DNA from: Podarcis pityusensis | Lineage: Eukaryota | Length of the DNA stretch: 64,000 nt | Strand: one strand, 5' to 3' | NCBI GenBank assembly: GCA_964106645.2 | Contig: OZ067047.1 | Shown here: one piece after another, positions 52,785-63,663 of the stretch | Layout of the letters: every line of letters starts with the position of its first letter | How positions within the stretch are numbered: the stretch's first letter is position 1 | Notes under the pieces: model-generated | Told to the model about the DNA's origin: nothing | What the model saw: only the letters and a program-made list of their open reading frames with translations | Database searches by the model: none | Program-made: the position numbers and the translations under genes

Positions 52785-53783
52785 CCGTATTTTTCGCTCC
52801 ATAGGACGCACTTTTTCCCCTCCAAAAATGAAGGGGAAATGTGTGTGCGTCCTATGGAGCGAATGCAGGCTTTCGCTGAAGCCTGGAGAGCGAGAGGCAT
52901 CAGTGCACACCGACCCCTCTCGCTCTCCAGGCTTCACGAAGCTGGGAGTTCCCGCGGGCTCACAAGGCTTGCAGGCAGCAGCCTGCAACCCCGGCGAGTG
53001 TCCGCAAGCCTTGCGCGCCCGGCAGGAGGTCCCGCCAAGCGCGCAAGGCTTGGGGCAGCAGCCTGTCGCCCGAAGCATGGGGAGCCCTCCGGAGGGCTCC
53101 CCGTGCTTCGGGCGAGTGTCTGCAAGCCTTGCGCGCCCGGCAGGAGGTCCCGCTGAGCGCGCAAGGCTTGGGGCGGCAGCCTGTCGCCCGAAGCACGGGG
53201 AGCCCTCCGGAGGGCTCCCCGTGCTTCGGGCGAGTGTCTGCAAGCCTTGCGCGCCCGGCAGGAGGTCCCGCCGAGCGTGGGAGGCTTCGGGCGGCAGCTT
53301 GTCGCCCGAAGCACGGGGAGCCCTCCGGAGGGCTCCCCGTGCTTCGGGCGAGTGTCTGCAAGCCTTGCGTGCCCGGCAGGAGGTCCCGCTGAGCGCGCAA
53401 GGCTTGGGGCGGCAGCCTGTCGCCCGAAGCACGGGGAGCCCTCCGGAGGGCTCCCCGTGCTTCGGGCGAGTGTCTGCAAGCCTTGCGCGCCCGGCAGGAG
53501 GTCCCGCCGAGCGCGCGAGGCTTGGGGCTGCAGCTTGTCGCCCGAAGCACGGGGAGCCCTCCGGAGGGCTCCCCGTGCTTCGGGCGAGTGTCTGCAAGCC
53601 TCGCGCTCCCGGTGGGAGGTCCCGCCGAGCGCGCGAGGCTTGGGGCGGTAGCCTGCAGCCCGAAGCACGCGAGGCTTGGGGCGGCAGCCGCGGGGGGGGG
53701 AATAATTTTTTTTATTCATTTCCCCCCCCAAAAAACGAGGTGCGTCCTATGGGCCGGTGCGTCCTATAGAACGAAAAATACGG
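52785..53783. mobile_element. Non-autonomous Tc1/mariner (Tc2/pogo-like) DNA transposon
   Basis: TA target duplication on both sides; 27-bp TIR ccgtatttttcg(c/t)tc(c/t)ataggacgcac with 2 mismatches; no transposase. Confidence 0.88.
52993..53669. repeat. CpG-rich 118-bp minisatellite, ~5.7 copies, built around a 50-bp palindrome
   Basis: Units start at 52993, 53111, 53229, 53347, 53465 and 53583. Confidence 0.95.
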
Positions 53784-54300
53784 TAATCCATGCTACCTCA
53801 TCCCTGAACCCATAGCACTCTTAGTCCCCTGGGGTTTCTGTTTGGGGGAGGGGGGTCAACAACCAGCAGCTCATGGACTAGATCTGACCCTATGGCAGGA
53901 CTATGTTCAGCTGCCAATCTAGAGATAAGCATGGTGTTTGGAAAGAACATGGCAGCTGTTATGGGAAACCTTTGTGGGAGATGGGGTTAGAAACACCTTT
54001 CATCTCCAACGACTATCTGGCAAAAGAAAGTCTCTGACCAGGGTCTTAGAGTGGCTGATTACAAACTGCTAATAATTTTATTTAGTGCTGCCCACACCAG
54101 TGGTTTCTGAGATCACTTGTTTTGCTGGTGCCACACACGCTTGTGTTGTCCACTGTCTTGGCATGGTTTCACCCCTTTCTGCACCTTTTTTGCCATTTTT
54201 TTCTTTCGTAGTTTTCATCCTGAATTTATACTGTTTCTCTTTTCCCTCATTTTCCCCATCCATCTTACCTCCCCCCACCCTCATTACCTTCATCTGGTAG

Positions 54301-54408
54301 AAGTATATAAAGATGTATACAGGTGGCGTGAGCTCATTGGCTGAGCAAATAGCCAATCAGCTTCAAAGGAAAGACCAACCCAAAACCCTTCTAGACAAGA
54401 AGGAACTG
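54301..54408 (+). CDS. MICAL3: MICAL3 cassette exon F (KYIKMYTGGVSSLAEQIANQLQRKDQPKTLLDKKEL), 108 nt, phase 0-0
   Basis: Long pyrimidine tract, tggtag|AAG...CTG|gtaaga; stop-free. Confidence 0.85.
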
Positions 54409-55143
54409 GTAAGAGAATGATGTTCAGAAGGTGATGAGTATTTGTGATTAGAAGTTAGACAGCTCTTCCTTAGATCCTCAGTAATATGGAGCCTTTAGTT
54501 TTCCCTCAGTGTTTAGTTAAAGGTAGCTGATGTAAGCACTTCCTTGCCTGTTCCTCCACTTCCCTTTGTGGGTTCTTGAATTCTTGCTATAAAGAAAATG
54601 GATAGTACACAAAAGATCTGTTGCTGAAAGCTTTGGTGTCTTTGGAGTAAATGTGTGGAGATATCATTTGACAGTGGTTGTTTGGAGCTTAACTTCAGTG
54701 GTAATGTGGGAGGAGGATTATTACTATCATAATTGTGTGACCATTTCCACAATTCGTTAGTTGTGTACACTTGGTGTCTCTAATCAACTTTGTGAGGTAT
54801 GTCATCATTATACCCATTTTAGAGGCAGGATGTGTGGGAAAGCTAAAGCTGAGACAATTAAAGAATTTTTAGATCCTCCAGTTCTCCCATATTCCCCCAG
54901 ACTCTTTATTTTCAGGTGGTTGGATGCTACACCTTACGGAGTGAGTTCCTTGGCTGACCTTTTCTTCCTCATGTTGGGGCCTTGGAATTATCCATAGGTG
55001 CCTGCTTAGTGTTTTTGCTGAAACGTCCTCCATTTCCCATTGAAGGATTCCAAAACAATCTAATGAATACATATGGCACGACAGTGGAAGTAAAAGTAAG
55101 CTTGTGACTCAGTCTAGACCTTTCCTTGTTCTTGCTGCTTTAG

Positions 55144-55330
55144 GGTTCCTTGAAAAAAGAATTCCCTCCAAATGTGGGAGGCAGTGATGTCTGCTACTTC
55201 TGCCACAAGCGTGTCTACGTGATGGAAAGACTGAGTGCTGAAGGCAAATTCTTCCACCGCAGCTGCTTCAAATGCGAATACTGTGCTACAACCCTGCGCT
55301 TGTCCTCTTATGCCTACGACCTGGTGGATG
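55144..55330 (+). CDS. MICAL3: MICAL3 coding exon 16 (LIM domain: [14 protein letters not shown]), 187 nt
   Basis: ctttag|GGT...GATG|gtaagt; LIM Cys/His spacing. Confidence 0.96.
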
Positions 55331-55385
55331 GTAAGTGAAGTTTACCTTTTGCCTTAGGAGGGGATGGGCAAGAGCTTCAACTGAT

Positions 55386-55612
55386 GGGTTGCATTCAGCA
55401 AAATTGTTGTGCAGGTGACTTCTACTTGCATAACATAACTTCCCTTCCTCCTCCTCCTCCCTCCTCCCACTTGGGTCCCCATACCCAAATCTTCTCTGGG
55501 GGTTCCCACAGGCTTCTGGGCGGGAACTCAGGGAGTAGAAGAAGGAGAGGGAGTTCCATTGTGCAAGCAGAAGTCATTGAGATCACAACATGACTTTTAT
55601 TGGATTCAGCCC
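55386..55612. mobile_element. MITE with ~70-bp imperfect TIRs (related copy at ~43880-44075)
   Basis: gggttgcattcagcaaaa..gacttctacttgca vs right end tgcaagcagaagtc..ttttattggattcagccc. Confidence 0.55.
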
Positions 55613-56475
55613 TTTGACTTAGATATAACCTTCAGGATTCCATATATCTTTAGTATGCTCAGGAAATTATTACATCACTGTTTGGCCCACTTCAGATACA
55701 CCATCCAAAATTATTATTGTGCAAGAGGTATTTGTAGAAACTTAAATGCACATTGTAAATACTGCAGTCTGAAGCTGGTTGAACTAGGAGTTGAACTCCT
55801 CTCCATGCTCAGGATTTTGTGTGCTGCCAGAGATTATGGAAAACTCAGAGTGGGAAGCCATTACTCTTGTATTTGCAATCATGGCTAGACAACTGCAGCA
55901 TCATGTAAACAGGGCTCTCCTTGAATACTGTTTTGAAGGTTCAGCAACACATTGGAAGTTCCTGCAACACCATACCACAGGCTGTTTGCATCTGTGAAAT
56001 GATAACTTTTGAATATTTGTAGTTAGAAATCACCTGGGTGACCATGGTACATAGATTTCTGTTTGGATTGGTCAATTCTTGGTAAGCAGTGGTCTGTTTG
56101 GAGTTAATGCCCAGCCCTTTCCTCTTTGCATTCATTCTTGCCTTTTCCACAGCACTTCTGCCAGATTTCCATGTGATGCAGCCTTTGTTCCTCACACAGT
56201 GCTGCTTTGTGTGCGATACCACGCAAGTTCCCCTGGGATGTTCTGGCTATTGGTTGGGTGCTGGGTAAATGGCTATCAGGCACCCTATGGAAAATCCATT
56301 TGTTTTCAGGAAAGGAGGAAATTAACGTGAATTAAATCTTTGAGGCATAATTGTCTCCATGTATTTTGTATGTGACAGGGCAGAGGAGATACAGAGGAAC
56401 TGTGGCATTGCACAGCATTGCCAAACTGTAGCTTTTGTCTTTCTCATTACCATTTCCCCCTTGCTCTATTTGCAG

Positions 56476-56564
56476 GAAAATTCTACTGCAAGCCTCACTA
56501 CTGTTACAGACTTTCAGGTTATGCACAGAGGAAGAGACCGGCAGTGGGCCCTCTGTCAGGAAAG
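56476..56564 (+). CDS. MICAL3: MICAL3 coding exon 17 (KFYCKPHYCYRLSG...SGK), 89 nt
   Basis: ttgcag|GA...AAG|gtaggc; completes LIM (CxxH). Confidence 0.95.
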
Positions 56565-57391
56565 GTAGGCTGTTTCCTTGCATTTCCCAGATGAGACTGC
56601 TTTGCCATTTTATGTTGGGAAGTGGCTTTGGGTTGTTTGGAAGGGGGAGAGCAGTGTTGCAGAATCTTTCTGAATCCTATGTGCATTGATCTTGCCTGCC
56701 TTTATTAGCTGTAAACTTTTTATCAGTTGTTGTTTTTATAAATTTGTTGGCTTACCAAAACCAAGGACAGCAGTGTGTCTGGAGAGAGAAGATGAAAAGC
56801 TGTGTCAGTGGTGTGCAAATAGGCACGTCGCCATTCATATTTACTTCTGTCTATCCAAAATCCAATTTATGGTGTTGGATAATAAAAATAAGTTCTTTTT
56901 ATCAGGGGACCATTGAAAAGTACTCATACCCAAAGAGTGGGAATTTAATAATTAAAACATCGATATGCATTAAAGTAAATTCTGCCTTGAGAATATATGT
57001 AATAGCTGATCGACTGGATAACGATTACATTTACAAAGTAACATGAATTAATTTTACTTATGCAGTTAATTTTTTGGCAGTTGGTTTTATGGCAAGTAGT
57101 TTTTCAAGGCAATACTATGGAAAAATGATATATGTGATACTATTATTTTTTGTTAAAATCAGCTAACCCCAGGCATGCCCTCCATATGGCTTTACTTGAA
57201 GAAGCAGTTAGATAAATAACAAAGATATACTGAGAATGTGTGTCCAGATCTGGAATATGCCTGAATAAACTAGGATTATTGTTTCTCCTGGATCTAAAAC
57301 CATAAAACCACCTTTTGTCTGTTTGCATTTGCTCACTTTTAAATTACATAAATTTAATAACTGCATCCTCCCTTGCCTGTTTCCCCCCCAG

Positions 57392-57479
57392 GACAGCAAA
57401 GGGACCCAGCAGGACAACATGGCGGCTGACGGTGCAGGACGTGCAAACTCCATCTCAACTTCGTCAGAGAGGACTCCAG
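57392..57479 (+). CDS. MICAL3: MICAL3 coding exon 18 (DSKGTQQD...ERTP), 88 nt, donor used by the long isoform
   Basis: ccccag|GAC...CCAG|gtagct. Confidence 0.9.
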
Positions 57480-57721
57480 GTAGCTCTGCTTCCTTGTTTG
57501 GCAGGGTGATGCAGTACTCGCTCCACCTCTTTGACAGAGTTAGGGTGGCAAGCCAGCTCCTGCAAAACACAGTTTCCTCAGTTGGGCACCACGTAGCCCA
57601 AAATCCTTTGGACTCCTTTTTCATGTGCCAGCTGATGGCTTTTGGAGTCCCCTTTATCTATGTCCAGTCGGAGGTTCTTGTGCAGATAATGGGGGAGTTT
57701 TTATCAGCACTAGGATATTAA
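57480..57721 (+). CDS. MICAL3: Read-through terminal extension of exon 18, short-isoform C-tail (GSSASLFGRV...NPLDSFFMCQLMAFGVPFIYV...ALGY*)
   Basis: Frame stays open ~80 codons past the donor to TAA at 57719-57721 with protein-like composition; NPLDSFFMCQL..FGVPF resembles a mammalian short-isoform tail (from memory). Confidence 0.75.
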
Positions 57722-60700
57722 TACAGTAATAACAACTTTTGTAACACTGTGTAACATGTGTGCAGGAGGAAATTAGGGGTTATGTGGTGGTGGGGTTACA
57801 TTATGGTTTGTAAGACAAAGCTGCTGTTCTGAATGCTGTCCAGGTAAACACAGACACCCAGTTCAAGATTTCTTGGGTAGGTTCAAATAAATTAAAAATT
57901 GCTAGTCATACTCAGAACAGACCAATTGAAATTAATGGACACGACTAACTTAGCTTAATTAATTTCATCAGGTCTACTCTGAGTAGAACGTGGCTGGATG
58001 CAACCCTTAGTCTGCAAAATCTACATTGCTGAGTGAATTAAATATAGCATTAGCATGGTATGAAGAAGTCCATTGACTGGATTTCTGTGTTCACCTGCAA
58101 AACTATCTTCTAGTTCTCACCGACATGGTGTCTGAATAGCAAAACATCAAAACCTTGTTGATACGTTTTGAACCATGCCTGCTATACATTCCTTGTTGTC
58201 TTTCACAGCCTTTAACTCTGGGTGATCTTGGTGTTGGCAGGTTGTGGAAATTTCTCCCAAAATATATGCTTTGCTGTTCTGGACTGGGGCTGACAGACCA
58301 AGCTGTATGGTGTTAAGGGCATTCTGGTTAATCTTAAACTTGGTTCCTGTCTCTGTGTGAGAGAGAGCGATAGACTCAATTTGTGCCACAAACTCTAGTT
58401 TGGACGGACTTTTTACTTTGACCTTTGGGTGATTAAATTTGAATCGCACTTGATAAGAGGCCAGACTGGATTCTAGTTGTGGAATCTTCCAAGCCAAATA
58501 GGTTTAGATTTTATTTTTTTATGTAGAATTAAATTATATAGCCGTAGTTGTGCGTAGGAACTAAACCGTTGCCCTTCCATTGGCTAAACGTTTCTAAATA
58601 GTATAAAAAAATCCAATTGAAGGATCATTCAAGATATGTTTTTTCATTTGTTTATTTTTAGTTGTGTGCACTCAATAGCATTGTACAGTTTCTGTATTTG
58701 TGTGGCATTTCCCACCCAGAAGCAAAATGAAAGAGATTTAATATTTAAGTAAGCTCTGAAAAACATTTTGTATTAAGCAAGTCTTTCAAATGTGAAAACA
58801 CAGCTTCTTGTAACTATTGGATAGGAGTCATTTGGCTGTGGAAACAGAGTTCTGGAATTTTGCACTGATTAAATTGCTTGATCAGAGATTGGATGTGGTT
58901 GTTCAGATAACTTTTAAGAGTTCAGACTCTGAATACTGCTTGTGCTGAGCTTCTGCCTCTGTTGTCATGAGACTGACAATCTTGCAGAAGTTGATTGCAG
59001 TTGGAGTTGCCAACTTGGTCTGGCATATTTCACCAGCTCTTTACCTTGTTAATTTCAGTTTAGCAATAATTATTCTTGGCCTAATGTAGTGAAACCTGTA
59101 GTGAAACCTGTCCTACATTCCCTGTAAGCCATCTAACTTTTAGTTCTAGTTCCCTGCTGGTCAGGGCAAAAAGCAGACAATTTTTGGCTCTCTGCTGAGT
59201 TCAAAATTAACTTGAATGTATAAGTTTGCTAATCACTCAAAGAGTATGGGAAATTAATGTGTATTTTCATAGGAGGCTGCTAGAGGAATCTCTATATGTT
59301 TAAAGTTTAAGATCAGGACTCTTTCATGTGTCTTTGTTTACATATACCTATTTATGTGTCTATAGATATTGTAATCTCTACAAAGTAGAATCCAGCAATA
59401 ATGAATTGAATAATTAATTCTGGCCTTTGTGTTATATAAGCACCATGAACTATTATAATAGTTAAAGACAGTGCTGGGGGGAAATATTTCAGATAATCAG
59501 AAGCCAGCATTTTATGTGTTCAGAGCTGATAAAAACGTTTCAGTCCCTAGATTCCAGCTGAAGTATCCTAATCAGAGAAGTTTCAGACTTTGGCAGTCCT
59601 CTGCGAGGCTGGTCTGTCCTCATGCAAACTCTGAATTGCCATTGAGGTAGAGATATAATTCTATTAACTGCAATTTTCGGACACTGGAATTCATGCAGAG
59701 ATTGGCATTTCATAATGTGGAAAATGATGGTGATTTGAAAAGGGGAAAAAATGTGATTTTAATAGAATGTAATTGGATGGTAGTGGGGGAAGCGGAGAAG
59801 TGCAGTCTTGGAATGAATAGAAATCTGCACCTCCCATTGGCCTGTGTTCATGGTCAGCTGCCCATTCTAAGCTGACCCTTGGTTCCCGTGGAATAGGTAA
59901 ATGCATGCTAGTGGAGCCGTGCTTACTCTATTTGCATGTTTCAAACAAATCTGCAATCAGTATTTGCTTGGTTACTATGAAATTTTATGTCGCCTCCCTT
60001 CCCTACTTGTTGGCGAACTTGAATAGTAGAGAAGAGAGCTCTTCTGTACTGAGGCATTAGAATAATGGTCAGGAAACAATAAGCACTTTTTATTGTGAGA
60101 TAATTTCGCTCTCTGGCATGTGTGGCTCTTGCATTATAGGTGTTTTGTGACTTCCCCTATTCTGTTACAAAGGGGGAAATTAACTGATCTCAAAGCTCAG
60201 TATTTAGCCATTAGGATAGGCCAAATCTTCTCTTGATGTCCACCTCCTGGTCTGCCCAGGAGTGTGTGTGGCACATGTGAGTGCTTCAAGTGAGTTAGCT
60301 TTTGATGTTTGCTGCTATCCGGTTACACTTCTTGCACACTGTCTCCCAAGCGTGCAACCCTTTCTGCTGGTGCAGGGGTGGTGAAAGCTGTGGCAGGCGC
60401 TTTCTTGTGCTGAACTCTGGCATGCTTCTGGCAAACTCTGTATTACGCCTTTTTCTTGTACTGTCTTCCTGGGATTTTGTGTCAAGCACTCTCTGCATTT
60501 GCCTTTGTGACACAATTGCTGCTGGTGCCAATAAAAGGAGTGGGGGTGGGAAAATCCCTTGCTTTTCAATGGTTGTATTCTGTAATAGTTGTATGTCTCT
60601 TGTATTTTGGAATGTTTTACAGTGAGTGTCATTTTTTATACATGTCTTTTTTTTTTTAACACGGAAGTATTGTTCTTTCTGCACTTCCTTGTAAATGTCT

Positions 60701-63657
60701 GTAAAATACTTTTGAATGTATTAATCCTCCTGTGGGTCCAGTGGGCTTGGAACAGTCTCTTTGCATTTTGCCCTTACAATTTTATATAAAGGCGGTTGGT
60801 TTTCACTCAATAACTTTTAGGGGTAATGAAATTAAGGTAATTCACCATGAGCTAGGTCACTGGAATGTTACACACATAGTCAAAAGCATTCTAATTAAAA
60901 AGAAAGAAAGAAAAGAAATATAGGAAATTGAGAGAATTTGTACTAATCTCCTCCTTTGAAAGAGAGGAAGTAAATAGTATTATCAGTGGAGTATATCTGT
61001 CCTTAACGGTATATTCCAGTGAAGTAAGCTAATTGCACTATAGTGAGGTGGCAAGTAATCATGAAATACTAGGACTTAAACATGACCTTTTTTCAGACTA
61101 ACAGTCAAATCTTGGAACACATAGTTGCTGTTTTTAGTGGAGGCCAGCACTCCACTATGGAATTTGCAGCGTTTCACATGGACAGAAAGTTGGGTTGTAG
61201 GACTTCAGTTGCTCTTTCATATACTTGAAGGAGCTTTTGATGGGTTTCTAGTAGCATACACCCATATCTGCAGAATGCAAGCTGAATTTGCTTGTGTATT
61301 TGTTTTTAAAACACGGGAAGAGGGAGAGAGAGTGTAATCTTTGATCAGTGATTAGAGGAGCTCTATGCTCTTCTTTTATCAGTGATTAGAGGAGCTGCAT
61401 CTTCTATTCCCTTTGATGCCATTTTGGCAGACTCTTCTTTCCTACATAAAAAGGTGTATCAGTAAATTTGTCCCTTTTCGCTACAGAGCACTGAATAATT
61501 GTGTTTAAAAAAACAACAGAAGTTATATTGTTGGTTGTAACAAACTTATTGTTGAATCCTGAAACTGCATTGGTTCATCCAATGTATCCCAATGAGAAGC
61601 AGGAATTGCCATGGAATTGCACAGAGAGAAGTTAAGACCTATTTCTATGGGCCATGATTCAGTATAAGGGGTAAGCATGGTTAAGCTCTGTGTTAAATTG
61701 TGCTAATGGTAGTGTTACAACAACATACCTGCAGTATAGAATCAGTGAAGAATGTCCATATATATGTAATTTAATAAGATTATATAATGTCTCCTGGACA
61801 CAAATTTTAAAATCTTAGCATACTACCTTTAGTCTCAAAAAACCATGATCTGAATGAATATAATTCTTTGTTTTTTGACATGATAACTAGCGTATAGATT
61901 TTTTTTGATTCAGCATATGCTTTAAAACTATAAATTGTGCTAAACTTGATCTCAGTTAATATAGTTCCTTAAATTATTATTAGCTGTCACCCTGGTTTAA
62001 AATGCACTTGATAGGTAATGTAAAATTCACTTGCCCCAAATTTGGCATGAACTCTGCCAGTACTAAAGCAGTACCAATTTCTGTTTTAACAGAACATGTT
62101 CTTTACAGAATTAATCGTAGGGTAGCAAACAATTTGGACTGATGTGATACAGTTTTCCACCTGTGACAGAATACTTTTTGGGAAGTCTAGAGATGGTCTT
62201 GGTAACCTTGCACAATGAAGGCAGCATTTGAGAAGTTTGATCCTTTTTTGAAATGTTGCTTGGTTTTTACTGTGTCCACTGCAACAAGATAGCAACCATT
62301 CAAAACTGTGCCAATCAAAACTGTGTGCAGTGGATTCTGAACAAGTAGAAATGAGGCTACAGTTCTTTTCCTAAATGTTACTGTGGACCTGAAGCTGGGT
62401 GGAAAATTGGGACTCCAGGATTTATGCCACATTGTGTGCAGAGAGACCCAAGCAAGGTCTGTCTCTTCAAAGAGGTTAGGATTATTTTATATATTAAAGC
62501 AGCCACCTGGAGTTTGATGGCTGCTCCACAAGAGGCCCTAATCAGCATTAATTGCACAATAATAGATTGGCTCTATTGTGTAGTCTGTAAACAGTGTTTC
62601 CGTGCACTCTGGCTTCCGACACAGTGTTCCACTGTGCCAGAAGTGGTTTAGTCATCTCCTGTACAGAATACCAGTGTATGGTTGCATTTCTTGTGGCCTG
62701 CACTGAACTACCATAATGTATGGAATCACTTTTAGTATGAAATCAAAGGTCCTGTGTAGCTGGAAGTTTACTGTTAAGCATGCATGTTGAATGGCTGAAG
62801 ATAGTGTCCCTACCCTGTGAAAAGTAGCTTTCCAGAGCTTAGCTTGGAAGCTTTCTTGAGAGACTGTTCCTAGACCCCGTTGCATTCCCCTTCAGTGTTC
62901 TTACTAGGTTTTTATGGTGGGATTGATGTGGAGGGAAGAATGTGTCCAACCACAGGGCACATGAGTAGGCAGCAAAATGAGGAGTCTGGACACGGTGCAT
63001 CAAGGGAAAATGATGCACATAGGAAAATGCAGTGTTATGTGCTTTCAAAGTGAACCTCACTTTTGAATAGCTACAGGGAAGAAATGAAATGTAAAATTTA
63101 TACAATTGTTGGGGATCCACCATAAAATCCTGTTGAGAACACTTTTTTCCTGGGAGAGATGAAATTCCTTTCTCTTGTCCTTTCATCCCTTCTCAAACCT
63201 TGTAGATCATAGTGACTTGTATTGTTATTTGTATATATATATATATGCATTTCTTGAGGGATGATGTGAGTTATTCTGAGTATTTTCTTAAACAGAATGC
63301 AATATTACTTGTGTGTCAGCGAAAAATACCTTAAATCTCGTAAGAAACGGATTTTGGTTTTTTCCCTCCAAACTGGGGTGTGCTTAAATGCCCCCTATTT
63401 TGAAATGCAAAATCTGAGGGGAAAAAGTCCCCTGCTTGAGATTTAAGCTGTGGCTCAGGGAAGAATGGGAAATGTGCTCTGAAAAGCCTCACATCTCAAA
63501 CTTGAGATGTTGTACCCTTTTTTCATTTTGGTTTTCTTGCACTTACTGTGGTGGTGCAGAGTGTGCATTTGTGTTCAAATTCTGTAACTTTGGAACTCTT
63601 GTTGCTGTGAAAACAATACGTTTTTGTGCAAATGTTACCTCTTCACGTTAAAAAGGG

Positions 63658-63663
63658 AATAAA
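63658..63663 (+). terminator. Candidate polyadenylation signal (AATAAA) of the short isoform
   Basis: AATAAA with U/GU-rich sequence on both sides, at the end of a ~5.5-kb TE-poor AT-rich tract; alternatives at 57886 and 60530. Confidence 0.4.

Larger units (their letters stand above)
18485..57721 (+). other. MICAL3: MICAL3 gene body (partial: promoter/first exon upstream; C-terminal coiled-coil/bMERB exons downstream of the window)
   Basis: Spliced exons give a continuous ORF with monooxygenase (GAGPCG, GGDG, VGDS FAD motifs), CH and LIM domains. N-terminus [22 protein letters not shown] and LIM-proximal [12 protein letters not shown] match the MICAL3 paralogue as I recall it. Confidence 0.95.

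Noticed and set aside
52993-53669. CRISPR-like appearance (regularly spaced palindromes)
   Set aside because: Intervening segments are near-identical, not unique spacers; no cas genes; eukaryotic intron within TIR/TA-bounded transposon.
52566-53815. Long overlapping ORFs (343, 334, 265, 196 aa) on both strands
   Set aside because: They arise from a stop-poor GC-rich 118-bp tandem repeat; the peptides are periodic, with no transposase or other domain.
18610-57479. Assignment as MICAL1 or MICAL2
   Set aside because: The N-terminus, KDLDGAGKRRK, NKVKSMATQLLAKFEE and KPHYCYRLSGYAQRKRP match MICAL3 specifically, as recalled.
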